Assembly (NCBI GenBank): GCA_963768085.1
Contig: CAVYGO010000004.1
Span: 12,135 to 76,134 of the forward strand
Length of the DNA: 64,000 nucleotides
Direction of reading: 5' to 3'
From: an uncultured Flavobacteriaceae bacterium
GTDB lineage: Bacteria; Bacteroidota; Bacteroidia; Flavobacteriales; Flavobacteriaceae
Every line of letters begins with the position of its first letter. The stretch's first letter is position 1. The notes below the pieces were generated by a model that was not told the DNA's origin, searched no databases, and saw nothing but the letters and a program-made list of their open reading frames with translations. Below, piece after piece: positions 29,083 through 40,464 of this stretch. Position numbers and translations under genes: made by a program.

Positions 29083-30621
29083 CTATTTTATTGATTTCAG
29101 ATATAAAATTACAGCTTTTCTCATATCATTGGCAATTTCATTTTCCTTTGGCGTATGAATCTTTAAAATTCCGGGATTGTCTTCAGTAAGGAAAGGGATG
29201 TCATATCCTTTCAGAAGAAAATCTGAAACAGCTACTGTATAATATCGCTTTCCGCCTTCCAGAGGGTCACCATCGACCAACCATCCGCCGGAGGCACTTT
29301 CCGAAATATTATGCCGCTGTAAGTAAGCTCCCGTTCCACCCTGCGATTTTCCATAATCCAGGACTTTTCTTAATAGTTCACCGGTCATATCCACTTTCAA
29401 AGCGCTACCTCCAAATGGTAATACCCTGAATACATCAATACTCGTGACCTCGCCGGCCAGCATATCATCCAGACGGATCGACCCACCATTCACGAGGGCT
29501 GCATCAACTTGATTTTCGTACGAAAATGCCATGGCAGCCGTGATGATATCGCCCATGTTGGTTTGTATTCCCCTGTTTGCACTATCGGTGCCATCTAGCG
29601 GAGGATCGGCAAAATAGATGACCTCGTAAGGATCGGGGATTACTTCCCTGATCTCGTTTTCAAGGATGACGTTCCATCTGTTTACAATTTCTTCCACTTC
29701 AGGATCGGAAGGAGTTTTTTCGTCTATGGGAAATAACACCGACTTAATTTTAGTTTCACCGTTCATCTTGTTATGAGTAATCGTATGAACATAGATCGTC
29801 TTCGCATTCGCATCTGCTTTCGCAACCACTGTGTTACCTATTTCATAGATCATGTTGTTATGCTCATGACCGCCCATAATAAGGTCTATATCCTGAAACT
29901 TTCGGGCGAACTCTTTATCATCTTCTAATTTTACATGCGTGAGCCCGATGATCACTTCTGAATTTGATTTCAATTGGGTATAGGCACTTTCAGCTTCCGA
30001 ATAAATATCTCCATAAAACACATAGTCCTTCGGATTGGAATCCAGAGTTACACTGAAGATCCCTAACTGCACTGTGGTACCATCTGTATCCGAAACCGAT
30101 AGCCTGTAGACATCAGGAATCTTTATATTGCCAATTCCTCGGGTCACAGAGAAAGGTACATTCCCTGTTTCCTTACTTTGAAGTACATTCGAGGATATCC
30201 ATTGAAAATTGGATTCGTCCAGGCGTTTTTGAAGATCTTCTTCATCGAGGTCGAATTCGTGATTTCCGAAGGTAACAAGGCTGAAATCCATAGCATTCAT
30301 TACTTCAATCATCTGGCGCCCGCGTATACGTTCCCCATTTGCCTTTATAGTCCCGAGCAGGGATGGATTCAGGAAATCGCCAGCCATTACCAGGTAGGTG
30401 TTCGGGTGAATACTCCGAATTGAATCACTAACATAGGCTACGCGCGCCATACCTCCGTATTTTCCTCCACTCAGTGGGGCAATTTCGTAAACATCGTTAA
30501 GTTGGATAAACTTCAGGGTGATCATTGAATCATCCTTCACAGCGGTAACCGTTTGTTTTTGTGATTTACAGGAAATTAAAACCAGGAGTATTAAAAAGAA
30601 ATAGATAGATCGTATTAACAT
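29083..30621 (-). CDS. Bifunctional metallophosphatase / 5'-nucleotidase lipoprotein
   Basis: The track ORF extends to 30657. The ATG at 30621 gives MLIRSIYFFLILLVLISCKSQ (lipobox) and avoids overlap with the upstream gene. Motifs QLNDVYE, GDFLNPS, GNHEFD and GGHEH, plus a C-terminal 5'-nucleotidase domain. Confidence 0.82.
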   Translation of the reverse strand: MLIRSIYFFLILLVLISCKSQKQTVTAVKDDSMITLKFIQLNDVYEIAPLSGGKYGGMARVAYVSDSIRSIHPNTYLVMAGDFLNPSLLGTIKANGERIRGRQMIEVMNAMDFSLVTFGNHEFDLDEEDLQKRLDESNFQWISSNVLQSKETGNVPFSVTRGIGNIKIPDVYRLSVSDTDGTTVQLGIFSVTLDSNPKDYVFYGDIYSEAESAYTQLKSNSEVIIGLTHVKLEDDKEFARKFQDIDLIMGGHEHNNMIYEIGNTVVAKADANAKTIYVHTITHNKMNGETKIKSVLFPIDEKTPSDPEVEEIVNRWNVILENEIREVIPDPYEVIYFADPPLDGTDSANRGIQTNMGDIITAAMAFSYENQVDAALVNGGSIRLDDMLAGEVTSIDVFRVLPFGGSALKVDMTGELLRKVLDYGKSQGGTGAYLQRHNISESASGGWLVDGDPLEGGKRYYTVAVSDFLLKGYDIPFLTEDNPGILKIHTPKENEIANDMRKAVILYLKSIK

Positions 30622-30622
30622 G

Positions 30623-31486
30623 TTAATGATATTTTGTGAATATTTTAGTGGCTTCATTATGTGCGCTTTCGAAGGACATAGTGTTTATATTGGTGTCGAC
30701 TTTCTTCGCAGTGAAATAACTCAGCATTTTCTCGGTGGGCATATTTCCGGTGAGTTCATCCTTAGCCATAGGACAACCTCCGAATCCTTGTATAGCCCCG
30801 TCGAATCTATGGCAACCTGCCGCAAAAGCCGCATCTACTTTTTCGTGCCATTTGGTGGGTGTCGTGTGAAGGTGAGCACCAAATTCTATTTCGGGATACT
30901 TCGGAATTAAATTGGAATACAAATAATCGATCACTTCAGGTGTTGAAGTACCCACCGTGTCACTTAGCGACAATATCTTAACGCCCATTTCAGCCATACG
31001 TTCGGCCCAGTCACCCACAATATCCACATTCCAGGGATCTCCGTAGGGATTACCAAAGCCCATTGAAAGATAGGTAACGACTTCTTTTCCATGATCTCCT
31101 GCCAATTGAAGTATTTCTTTCAAGACTTCTATTGATTGCGCAATGGTTTTATGTGTATTCCGCATTTGAAAATTCTCTGAAATAGAAAATGGGTAGCCTA
31201 AATAATTGATCGCTTCATGTTTTACAGCATCCTGAGCGCCTCGCACATTCGCCACGATCGCCAGTAATTTACTTTCAGTATTGGATAGATCCAGACCGGC
31301 TAATACCTCGGCGGTATCTTTCATTTGAGGAATAGCTTTGGGTGAAACAAAACTTCCGAAATCTATAGTATCGAAACCACAACGCAGCAAACTTTGAATG
31401 TACTGTATCTTCTTATCTGTAGGAATCCAATCACGTATCCCTTGCATGGCATCCCGAGGACATTCAATAAGTTTCACCTTTTGCAT
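30623..31486 (-). CDS. Hydroxymethylglutaryl-CoA lyase
   Basis: 287 aa. ECPRDAMQG, the HMGL-like TIM barrel, HLHTT and GGCPMA motifs. Confidence 0.85.
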   Translation of the reverse strand: MQKVKLIECPRDAMQGIRDWIPTDKKIQYIQSLLRCGFDTIDFGSFVSPKAIPQMKDTAEVLAGLDLSNTESKLLAIVANVRGAQDAVKHEAINYLGYPFSISENFQMRNTHKTIAQSIEVLKEILQLAGDHGKEVVTYLSMGFGNPYGDPWNVDIVGDWAERMAEMGVKILSLSDTVGTSTPEVIDYLYSNLIPKYPEIEFGAHLHTTPTKWHEKVDAAFAAGCHRFDGAIQGFGGCPMAKDELTGNMPTEKMLSYFTAKKVDTNINTMSFESAHNEATKIFTKYH

Positions 31487-31522
31487 TACGTAAAGATAAA
31501 AGTTTTTAAGAGGTAATGACTG

Positions 31523-32146
31523 CTATTTTTCAGGCAGTAAAATATAAACTGCAATGCCTACAAACACAAGTATTTGTAGCCATTTCAGCACAAAACCCGT
31601 ATTCTTATGGGTAAGCAGGTACGATGAAATGCTTCCGGCCAGAAGTGCGATACCGCTAAACACAATAAATGACACTACCATAAATGTGATTCCCAGAATA
31701 TAAAATTGTGAGACCGTATTTCCGGATTCATCCCACAGAAAAGCAGGAAAGAAAGCGAGAAAGAAAATCAATACTTTAGGGTTCACCAAATTCATAAACA
31801 CACCTTGCTTGAATAACTGCCAGTGCGACTTCTTAGATGCCTTATTGCCAATGGAAATATTTGCATCACTTCTGTAAACTTTCCATGCGAGATATAGAAG
31901 ATAGCAGGCACCAAAAACCTTAATCGAAAAAAAAACAACAGGTGATGCTGTAATAATAATAGAGATTCCAAATGCAAGCAAAGTGGTATGAACTATACAG
32001 CCACTTATTAAACCTGCTGTTGTAGCTATGCCACTCTTGGCACCATTTGTGAGGGATTGAGTTAAGACATAAATGTTATCCGGTCCGGGAGAGATCGCCA
32101 GCGCAACCGTAGCTAACGAAAAAAGATATAGCGCCTCGATCATCAC
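31523..32146 (-). CDS. LysE/RhtB-family amino-acid exporter
   Basis: 207 aa with six TM helices. N-terminal ISPGPDNIYVLTQS motif. Confidence 0.85.
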   Translation of the reverse strand: MMIEALYLFSLATVALAISPGPDNIYVLTQSLTNGAKSGIATTAGLISGCIVHTTLLAFGISIIITASPVVFFSIKVFGACYLLYLAWKVYRSDANISIGNKASKKSHWQLFKQGVFMNLVNPKVLIFFLAFFPAFLWDESGNTVSQFYILGITFMVVSFIVFSGIALLAGSISSYLLTHKNTGFVLKWLQILVFVGIAVYILLPEK

Positions 32147-32211
32147 ATAAAATTAGCATTTTTTGTGAGGTTTTTGTGATACTTTCGACCGATATTGCAA
32201 TAAAAATTTCA

Positions 32212-33126
32212 ATGATGAAGAAATTACTACTTCTACTATTAATTGGAGTACTCACCGGTGACCTGGTGGTTTTTGCACAATCAGAAGCAACGTATTCCAT
32301 AAATTACACGAGTACCTGGTCTCAGGCAACACATCCACACCCCGGAGGTAATTTTCCGGCATCAGCTCACTATTCCAAACTGGTTGGTGCTACACATAAC
32401 GACCAGGTGGTATTCCTGGAAATGGGTGCACTCGCCACACCGGGCATTGAAAATATTGCGGAATTAGGCAGCAATGGGGTGTTCTTTTCTGAAGTAAATA
32501 CAGCTATTACCAACGGCACAGCCAACGAGCTCATTGATGGAGACGACCTAAGTACCAGTACAGGCCAAATTGATATCAGCAATGTCGAAACGAATGAAGA
32601 TTATCCATTACTCACTTTGGTTTCAATGATAGCTCCCAGTCCGGATTGGATGATCGCAGTGAATAGTGTCGAGTTATTAGATGGTAATGGAGATTGGAAA
32701 CCCAGTATTAGCATCGATCTTTTTCCATACGATGCAGGTACAGACAGTGGTATAGACTACACCTCGCCTAATCTGGATACAAACCCGCCGGACCCTATTG
32801 CAAGTCTTCAGGGCGTAGCTCCATTTTCTAATGAAAAAATGGGGACATTAACAATTACACTTGAAAGTGTATTGGGCAATAGTGACCAGGTTAAAAACGA
32901 CCTACAGCTTTTTCCAAATCCAACCTATGGAATGGTACGTATTAAAGGGGCGCAACCAGTTAATGCGATTGAAGTATTCAATGTACTCGGTGCAAAGGTC
33001 CTTGAGCAAAGCTATTCTTCCAATCGGGCAGATCTCGATATTAGTAATTTACCATCGGGAATCTATATGTTCAGGATTTCGAATACCGACGGAAGTTCAG
33101 TAGTAAAAAAAGTGATTAAGCGTTAA
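32212..33126 (+). CDS. Spondin-N-domain protein with a T9SS C-terminal sorting domain
   Basis: Track starts at GTG 32176. The ATG at 32212 gives [50 protein letters not shown]...SPDWM matches spondin_N. The C-terminus [16 protein letters not shown]...[11 protein letters not shown]...[10 protein letters not shown] is a type-A T9SS CTD. Confidence 0.75.
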   Translation: MMKKLLLLLLIGVLTGDLVVFAQSEATYSINYTSTWSQATHPHPGGNFPASAHYSKLVGATHNDQVVFLEMGALATPGIENIAELGSNGVFFSEVNTAITNGTANELIDGDDLSTSTGQIDISNVETNEDYPLLTLVSMIAPSPDWMIAVNSVELLDGNGDWKPSISIDLFPYDAGTDSGIDYTSPNLDTNPPDPIASLQGVAPFSNEKMGTLTITLESVLGNSDQVKNDLQLFPNPTYGMVRIKGAQPVNAIEVFNVLGAKVLEQSYSSNRADLDISNLPSGIYMFRISNTDGSSVVKKVIKR

Positions 33127-34141
33127 TTAACCTTTTGTTGATGTCCTTTATCAATTTTGGACCTTCATAAATAAAGCCGGTATAAAGTTGTACCAGACTT
33201 GCTCCTGCTTCGATCTTCTCTACCGCATCCTCAGCAGAATGAATCCCTCCAACTCCAATAATCGGGAATGCTTTATTACTTTTTTCTGAAAGGAATCGAA
33301 TTACTTCGGTAGACCGTTTAGTGAGTGGCTTACCACTAAGCCCGCCGGCGCCTATTTCCTCAACCGCTACTTCGTCCATTATCAAATTGTCACGCGCTAT
33401 GGTTGTATTGGTGGCAATTACCCCATCGATTTGAGTTTCGGATACTATATCAATAATATCCTGCAATTGCTCATTTGTAAGGTCCGGAGCTATCTTTAAC
33501 AATATGGGTTTAGGGTTTGATTTTGATGAGTTTCTCTCTTTTAGTAAATTCAGTAGTGCCGTCAATGGTTCCTTATCCTGAAGTGCCCTAAGATTAGGAG
33601 TATTGGGAGAGCTCACGTTCACAACAAAATAATCAACGTGATCGAACAAGACTTCAAAACAATATAAATAATCCTGATCCGCCTCCTCGTTTGGAGTGGT
33701 TTTATTCTTCCCTATATTACCACCAACAATTACGTTCTTGTTCTTCTTAAGTCTTTCAACCGTTTGATCTACACCGCCGTTGTTAAATCCCATCCGATTG
33801 ATTATGGCTTTGTCTTTTTTTAATCTGAACAATCTCTTTTTAGGATTTCCAGGCTGTGGTCGCGGAGTAACGGTTCCTATCTCAATAAACCCAAACCCAA
33901 AATTTGCCAGTTCTCTATACAGCTTTGCATCCTTATCGAAGCCCGCCGCCAGACCTACCGGATTGGGAAATGTAAGTCCAAAGACTTCTCTTTCCAGTCT
34001 AGGATCATTTACTTTATAGAGGAATCTGAACAATCCGCCAAAGCCAATAGCAGATGAAAATCGAATTAGTTTGAAGGTAAAATGGTGAACTTTTTCGGGG
34101 TCAATCTTAAAAAGTAGTGGACGAAGTAACGATTTATACAT
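33116..34141 (-). CDS. pyrD: Dihydroorotate dehydrogenase (quinone), class 2
   Basis: The ATG at 34141 gives [19 protein letters not shown]. Motifs [24 protein letters not shown] and GVGGI. Confidence 0.92.
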   Translation of the reverse strand: MYKSLLRPLLFKIDPEKVHHFTFKLIRFSSAIGFGGLFRFLYKVNDPRLEREVFGLTFPNPVGLAAGFDKDAKLYRELANFGFGFIEIGTVTPRPQPGNPKKRLFRLKKDKAIINRMGFNNGGVDQTVERLKKNKNVIVGGNIGKNKTTPNEEADQDYLYCFEVLFDHVDYFVVNVSSPNTPNLRALQDKEPLTALLNLLKERNSSKSNPKPILLKIAPDLTNEQLQDIIDIVSETQIDGVIATNTTIARDNLIMDEVAVEEIGAGGLSGKPLTKRSTEVIRFLSEKSNKAFPIIGVGGIHSAEDAVEKIEAGASLVQLYTGFIYEGPKLIKDINKRLINA

Positions 34142-34227
34142 GTACTGGAAATCTGCATGCAAAAATAGGTTAAAACCTCCGAAAATTTAACTCTTATTCC
34201 TTTAATTTGTATTGTAATATATCAAGC

Positions 34228-35476
34228 ATGATCGACAAACAAAATCTCATAGACCGTTTTTTTAGTTATATAACGGTGGACACTGAAAGTGATCCTGAAA
34301 GTAAGACTACACCTAGTACTGAAAAACAATGGAATCTCGCCAATGCTCTGGCCGACGAACTAAAAGGTATTGGCATGAAAGATGTAAGCATTGATGAAAA
34401 TGCGTATATCATGGCTACACTACCATCCAATGTAGACCATGAAGTTCCTGTGATAGGATTTATTTCGCATTTCGATACTTCTCCCGATTTCACCGGAGCC
34501 AATGTAAAGCCTCAAATTGTAGAAAATTACGATGGTGGCGATATTATATTGAATGCAGAGAACAATATTGTTTTAAGTCCGAAAGAATTCGACGACCTGC
34601 TGCTTTACAAAGGACAAACTCTTATCACTACAGATGGAACCACACTGCTTGGTGCCGATGATAAAGCCGGGATCGCGGAAATCGTATCGGCGATGGAGTA
34701 TCTTATTAAGCATCCCGAGATTAAACACGGAGAGATTCGTGTGGGATTCACGCCCGATGAAGAAATTGGTCGTGGTGCACACAAATTCGATGTTGAAGAA
34801 ATTTGGAGCGGAATGGGCGTACACCGTAGACGGAAGTCAGGTAGGCGAGCTGGAATACGAAAATTTCAATGCCGCCGGTGCTGTGATCACCGTTCAGGGT
34901 AAGATCGTTCATCCCGGATATGCTAAAGGAAAAATGGTTAATAGTATGTACATCGCCACTGAGTATCATAAATTCTCTTCCACGAATGGAAACCCCGGAG
35001 CATACAGAAGATCGTGAAGGATTTTTCCATCTGCACACGTCTAGAAGGGTCGGTAGATTGCAACCAAACTACAGTATATCATTCGTGATCACAACAGGGA
35101 ACATTTTGAAGCGCGAAAAGAAGTGATGCGTAAGCTGGCCCGAGAACTGAATTCGCAATATGAAAAAGAGGTCGTATCGGTGGAGATCAAAGATCAGTAT
35201 TTCAATATGCGGGAAAAGATAGAACCTGTAATGCATATCGTGGATATTGCGGAAGAAGCTATGAAAAAGCCGGAATTTAACTCCACTCATAAAACCTATT
35301 CGCGGTGGAACCGATGGTTCTCAGTTAAGTTTATGGGCTTGCCATGTCCTAATATCTTTGCCGGCGGACATAATTTTCATGGACGCTATGAATATGTCCC
35401 TGTGGAAAGTATGCAGAAAGCTATTGAAGTTATCGTGAATATAGCACAACTCAGCCGCGAAACAAACAGAATTTAA
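34228..35476 (+). pseudogene. pepT: Peptidase T (tripeptide aminopeptidase) disrupted by at least 5 single-base frameshifts
   Basis: Track fragments 34207..34902, 34634..35017, 34920..35126 and 35123..35476 lie in three frames. Together they spell a full-length PepT ([100 protein letters not shown]). IKPIRGGTDGSQLS is readable only in a third frame at about 35290-35335. Confidence 0.85.
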
Positions 35477-35510
35477 AAAAAAGCCTTCATGAAAATGAAG
35501 GCTTTTTTTG
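35475..35510. terminator. Bidirectional rho-independent terminator (pepT / yajC convergent)
   Basis: A8, then stem AGCCTTCAT (35482-35490), loop GAAA, stem ATGAAGGCT (35495-35503), then T7. Confidence 0.75.
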
Positions 35511-35526
35511 ATAAGGCTATATTTAT

Positions 35527-35808
35527 TTACTTCTTTGCAGGAGCATTAAGCTTTGTACTTATTTCCATCGATATCGCAGATCGTTCAAATTTCATCTTGC
35601 CTGCGCCACTTTCAATTATACAGGTTCCATCGTCATTGAGGTCAAGTACTTTACCGTGCAATCCACTTTTGGTTACTACTTTATCTCCTCGTTTCAATTC
35701 GGAAGCAAATTTCTTTTCTTGCTTCTGATTTTTCATTTGCGGACGTATCATAAAGAAATACATCACAACAAACATCAATACAAGTAATATCAGGCTTTGC
35801 TGTTCCAT
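35527..35808 (-). CDS. yajC: Preprotein translocase subunit YajC
   Basis: 93 aa. One TM helix, then FFMIRPQMK...LKRGDKVVTKSGLHGKV, the YajC signature. Confidence 0.9.
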   Translation of the reverse strand: MEQQSLILLVLMFVVMYFFMIRPQMKNQKQEKKFASELKRGDKVVTKSGLHGKVLDLNDDGTCIIESGAGKMKFERSAISMEISTKLNAPAKK

Positions 35809-35834
35809 ACAAGAAGACTATTTCCTACTAAAAT

Positions 35835-36325
35835 TTACTTAGTGTTTGTTTGTATTACATTGCTACCGGTTGGAGTTACACCTTCTTTAGCATTTACAAA
35901 CGCTTTGATCATTAAAGTTTCTTTACCATTTTCGGTATTCGCAGTAATGGTAACAGTTTTACTCACCTGATTTTTACCACTACCATTAAATTTCACTAAT
36001 AATTCTCCAGTTTCTCCTGGAGCAACAGGGTCTTTCGTAAATTGAGGTACAGTACATCCACAGCTACTCTTTGCATCAACGATTACTAATGGAGCTTTTC
36101 CTGTGTTGGTGAATTTAAATACGTGTTCTACGTTGGTTCCCCTTCGATTGTTCCGAAGTCATATTCGCTTTCTTCGAAAGTCATTACAGGAAGTCTCCTG
36201 CTTTTGCATCACGATTTGCAGCAGCAGCTACATTTTCTTCATTTACTTTATCCGCAGCATTTTCTTTACAAGATGTAAAAATGAAAGCTGACAAGACTAG
36301 CTACTATTAAAATTGATTTTTTCAT
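35835..36325 (-). pseudogene. DUF1573-family lipoprotein disrupted by about 3 frameshifts
   Basis: No long ORF appears in the track. My minus-strand reading across three frames gives MKKSILIVASLV..FIFTSCKENAADKVNEENVAAAANRDAKAGDF / VMTFEESEYDFGTIE / GTNVEHVFKFTNTGKAPLVIVDAKSSCGCTVPQFTKDPVAPGETGELLVKFNGSGKNQVSKTVTITANTENGKETLMIKAFV, the classic DUF1573 CGCT motif. Confidence 0.75.
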
Positions 36326-36403
36326 AGGATATTAATTTTAGTTTTTAAGAGATGCAAAAATACTTATTTTTTTGCTTTTATCTAAGTCCGCGCCCAATTT
36401 TAT

Positions 36404-37334
36404 TCAATTTTCATTCGCCGGCTCAAATTCTTTTACAAGTTTATCTAAAATTCCATTAATAAAAATACTGCTTTTGGGTGTAGAGTATTCTTTGGAAATT
36501 TCGAGGTATTCATTAATAGTCGCTCGCACAGGAATGGTAGGAAAATAGAGGAATTCTGCTATGCCCATTTTTAGGATAATCATATCAATATCTGCAATTC
36601 GTTCCTTATCCCAATTGGGTGTTTTTCCTTCAATTTCAGCCGCAAGTTTTTCATCATTTAATACCACTTTCCGAAATAGTTGTAACGCAAATTCCCTATC
36701 TTCTTCATTCTTTATAAAGTCGGGAATCAGAGTTGATGCAATATTATTCGCATTCAAGTTTGGAAAGCATCTTGACCATTGCACTGTATTCACTATCGGA
36801 AAATCATCAATCCAGGTAAGACGTTTATCTTCCAAGGTATTCGTACAATTTATCATTGGGCGCAATTACTTCCTTATACATCTTAATTACAAATTCCTTA
36901 TCCTGCTGAAACGTTGGATTTTTTACTGAAAGATATTCAGTATAAAAATCTTTCGAAATCAATTCTTTAAAGAGAATGCCAATATATTCATCATCTTGCT
37001 TCCAGTAATTGAGTTTTTTATTCTTATGAATCTTCTGCAACTCTTCATGCTCGAGCCAATAAGTTGAAGTAGCTTATTATCTATAAATTCTTGACTCGGA
37101 TTCTTTTCGGTTTCAGTTGCTAAATGCTTTTTTTGGAGACTTAAACAGATACAACTCCGCATGATCACGCATAGCAACCATTAGATTGAAGCATAAAGCA
37201 AATATAGATCATGCATCTGGTCTGATACTGTAAAAAAGAAATTTCTCCTGCTTGTCAAGATCGGGCTGTTCACTTTGCTTGAAGGCGTAAATAGATTGTA
37301 ATACTTTTACCCTAATATGTCTTCTTGTAAGCAT
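36404..37334 (-). pseudogene. nusB: Transcription antitermination factor NusB (long Bacteroidota form) disrupted by at least 4 frameshifts
   Basis: Fragments 36404..36865 (...IEGKTPNWDKERIADIDMIILKMGIAEFLYFPTIPVRATINEYLEISKEYSTPKSSIFINGILDKL), 36825..37040 and 36959..37177. The N-terminus MLTRRHIRVKVLQSIYAFKQSE is read from the ATG at 37334. All are co-linear but in different frames. Confidence 0.8.
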
Positions 37335-37361
37335 ATGTTTGTAAAGAACTTTTATAAATAA

Positions 37362-37389
37362 CAACGCACAAGAAATATCCTGTGCGTTG
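37362..37389 (-). terminator. Hairpin terminator downstream of the dehydrogenase gene
   Basis: Perfect 9-bp stem CAACGCACA / TGTGCGTTG with a 10-nt loop. A U-rich tract follows on the minus strand. Confidence 0.5.
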
Positions 37390-37419
37390 CAAATATAATA
37401 CTTTTAAAAATTGAATTAA

Positions 37420-38526
37420 TTATTTTTCTTTCTTTCTTGCGTCTATTCTTGCTTGCGCAACATCGAAAGCGGCCTGATGTGTTGTCACGTCATTCAGCTT
37501 CGGCATTCTGAAGAATTTCTAAGGTCGTATTGTAGATATTTTCTGTTTTACGAATGATTTCATGCTTACCATAATTTTCAAGTTCGGCATACACATTTAT
37601 GATTCCTCCGGCATTGATCAAGAAATCGGGCGCATAAACAATTCCTTTATCACGCAACAACATTCCGTGTTTATTCTCGATCTGCCAGTTGGTTATTCGC
37701 AGCACCTGCAATTACCTTAGCTTTCAATTGATCAATGGTATCATCATTAATGGTCGCTCCTAGTGCACAGGGGGCATAAATATCCATCTCTTCGCTATAA
37801 AGATTGCTTACCTCCGTAAATTGTCCACATTGTACTTTATCGCGAACTTCTTCCAGTCTTTCCTGGTTGATATCTGCAATATATACTTTCGCACCTTCGT
37901 TGGTAAGGTTTTCAACCAATGCTTCTCCTACATTTCCAATTCCCTGAACATAAACTACTTTATCTTCCAGAACATCAGTCCCAAAGGCATACTTTGCAGC
38001 AGCTTTCATTCCCATAAAAACGCCATAGGCAGTAATTGGCGAAGGATTTCCTGCACCTCCTATTTCTTCAGAAATACCCGTAACATATGGAGTCACGGTA
38101 CGAACCAGGTCCATATCGACTGGTTTCCATTCCCACATCTTCCGCAGTGATATATTTTCCACTCAACGAATGTACGAATTCACCAAAACGTAGTCATTAG
38201 TTCCGGATGTTTTTTGTGTCTTGGCATCGCCAATTATCACGGCTTTTCCTCCACCGAGGTTCAATCCGGTAATTGCCGCTTTAAAGGTCATTCCCCTGAT
38301 AAACGAAGCACGTCATTTAAGGGCATCCCATTCACTATTATATTGCCACATTCTGGTACCTCCCAAAGCAGGTCCCAAGACGGTATTATGTATTCCAATT
38401 ATTGCTTTTAAACCTGTATCTTTGTCGTTGCAAAAAACGATTTGCTCGTGATTGTCGAACGACAATTGTCCGAAAACCGGGTCAATTTTTTCAAGTTCAT
38501 TCGGAGTTCACTACTTCAGTTATCAT
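37420..38526 (-). pseudogene. Leucine (Glu/Leu/Phe/Val-family) dehydrogenase disrupted by many frameshifts
   Basis: Fragments 37490..37711 and 37671..38162, plus my reading of 38160-38526 ([115 protein letters not shown]). At least 6 frame changes. Confidence 0.8.
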
Positions 38527-38646
38527 AGCATATATAAAATTTAAGTATCCTTAAAAAGGACGTGCAAAAGTAACAGGATAACTGACAATTCAACAAAAAA
38601 ATTGATGTTAAATCAAGAATTTGTTAATAACTATTCAGTCTCCTAA

Positions 38647-40399
38647 ATGAAAGAGCTTCAATATCTTAATCACTATTTTATAAAATATAGAGGTCGATTA
38701 TTCTTCGGTTTATTTATTACCATGGTTGCAAGAATATTTGCTTTATTGTGCCTATGAAATGGGAGATATCTGTAAATGTGGTTGAAAAGGATATTTCCGG
38801 TGAGATCACGAGGCAGATCAGTTAGAATCTCTTTTACTCAATAGCATACTACTTATAATAGGAGCCACATTATTATCTGCTCTTTTAACTTTTATAATGC
38901 GGCAGACCATTATTGTGGTTTCCCGTTATATCGAATTTGATCTTAAAAATGAAGTTTTTCAGCAATATGAAAGGCTTTCACTGAGTTTCTATAAGCAAAA
39001 TCGAACCGGAGACCTAATGAATCGAATCAGTGAGGATGTTTCCAAAGTGCGAATGTATGTGGGACCTGCACTAATGTATAGCACTACCACTGTCACACTG
39101 TTTGTCGTTGTATTGAGTTATATGATCTATAAAGCACCACTATTAACCTTATATGCTGTTGCCCCACTCCCCGTCCTTTCTGTGTTGATCTATAAACTAA
39201 GTGCTGCTATACACAAACGCAGTACCATTGTGCAGGAATACCTCTCGAAATTAACCACCTTCACCCAGGAAAGTTTTAGCGGGATCTCGGTAATCAAAGC
39301 CTATGGCCTGGAACCGCGCACCAATACCGAATTCGTGGAACTTTCCGAAGGAAGCAAAGAAAAGAATATTGACCTTGTTAAAGTACAGGCTTTGTTCTTC
39401 CCACTGATGATGCTACTCATTGGATTAAGCAACGTTCTGGTGATCTATATTGGCGGACAACAATACATCAACGACCAGATTGAACTGGGAACTATTGTAG
39501 AATTTCTTATCTATGTGAACCTGCTTACCTGGCCTGTCGCTGTTGTAGGTTGGGTTACATCTATTGTGCAACAGGCAGAGGCTTCACAAAAAAGAATCAA
39601 CGAGTTCCTGAATGAAGAGCCTGCCATTAAGAATTTGAATGCCGTACCCTCAGAAATAAAAGGAAAAATCACGTTTAAAAATTTAAGCTATACCTATCCG
39701 GACACCAATATCACAGCGCTGAAAAATGTCTCCTTCACCATCAATCCCGGACAAACACTGGCCATCGTTGGAAATACCGGTTCCGGTAAATCGACCATGC
39801 TGGAATTAATAGGCCGATTATACGACGTGAAAGAAGGTGAACTGCTTATAGACGACATTCCCATAACCAACCATAATCTGTCAAGTTTACGTTCCAGTAT
39901 TGGTTATGTGCCTCAGGACGCCTTCCTGTTCAGCGATACCTTGAGTAATAATATTAAATTCGGAAAGGAAAATGCTACCCAGGAAGAGATCGTCGAAGCC
40001 GCGAAAAATGCCGCTGTTCATGAAAATATTGTAGGTTTCAATCATGGTTATGACACTATTTTAGGAGAACGCGGAATAAGTTTGAGCGGGGGACAAAAAC
40101 AAAGAGTATCTATTGCCCGAGCCATTATAAAGAACCCTCATATATTATTATTTGATGATTGTTTATCTGCCGTTGACACGGAAACTGAGGAGGAGATCCT
40201 TCAGAATTTAAACAAGATATCTTCCGATAAAACCACCATTATTGTAAGTCACCGTGTTTCTTCAGCTAAGAATGCCGATACCATCATTGTTCTTGAAGAA
40301 GGTGAAATTATTCAGCAAGGTGCTCATAATGAGCTAGTAAACACAGATGGCTACTACAAAGAATTATACACCAAACAGCTTTTAGAAAAAGAAATGTAG
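38647..40399 (+). pseudogene. ABC transporter, fused permease/ATPase (MsbA/exporter type), with at least 2 frameshifts in the first 200 nt
   Basis: Intact from about 38815 to 40399 (track ORF 38897..40399: TMD, Walker A GNTGSGKST, LSGGQKQR, Walker B ILLFDD). The N-terminus MKELQYLNHYFIKYRGRLFFGLFITMVARIFAL starts at ATG 38647 in another frame, with a third frame between. Confidence 0.85.
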
Positions 40400-40464
40400 G
40401 TTATTGTTGGCATATTTCGATTTTTTTTAGATTTTTGGCTAACATTAACTAAAAACTATAACCA

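Noticed and set aside
36103-36291. The + strand 62-aa ORF in the gap between yajC and nusB.
   Set aside because: It is antisense to the frameshifted DUF1573 gene. The gap exists only because that gene is broken.
35527-37334. The nusB / DUF1573 / yajC arrangement as a novel module.
   Set aside because: I recognise this as common conserved synteny in Bacteroidota. Only the frameshifts are unusual.
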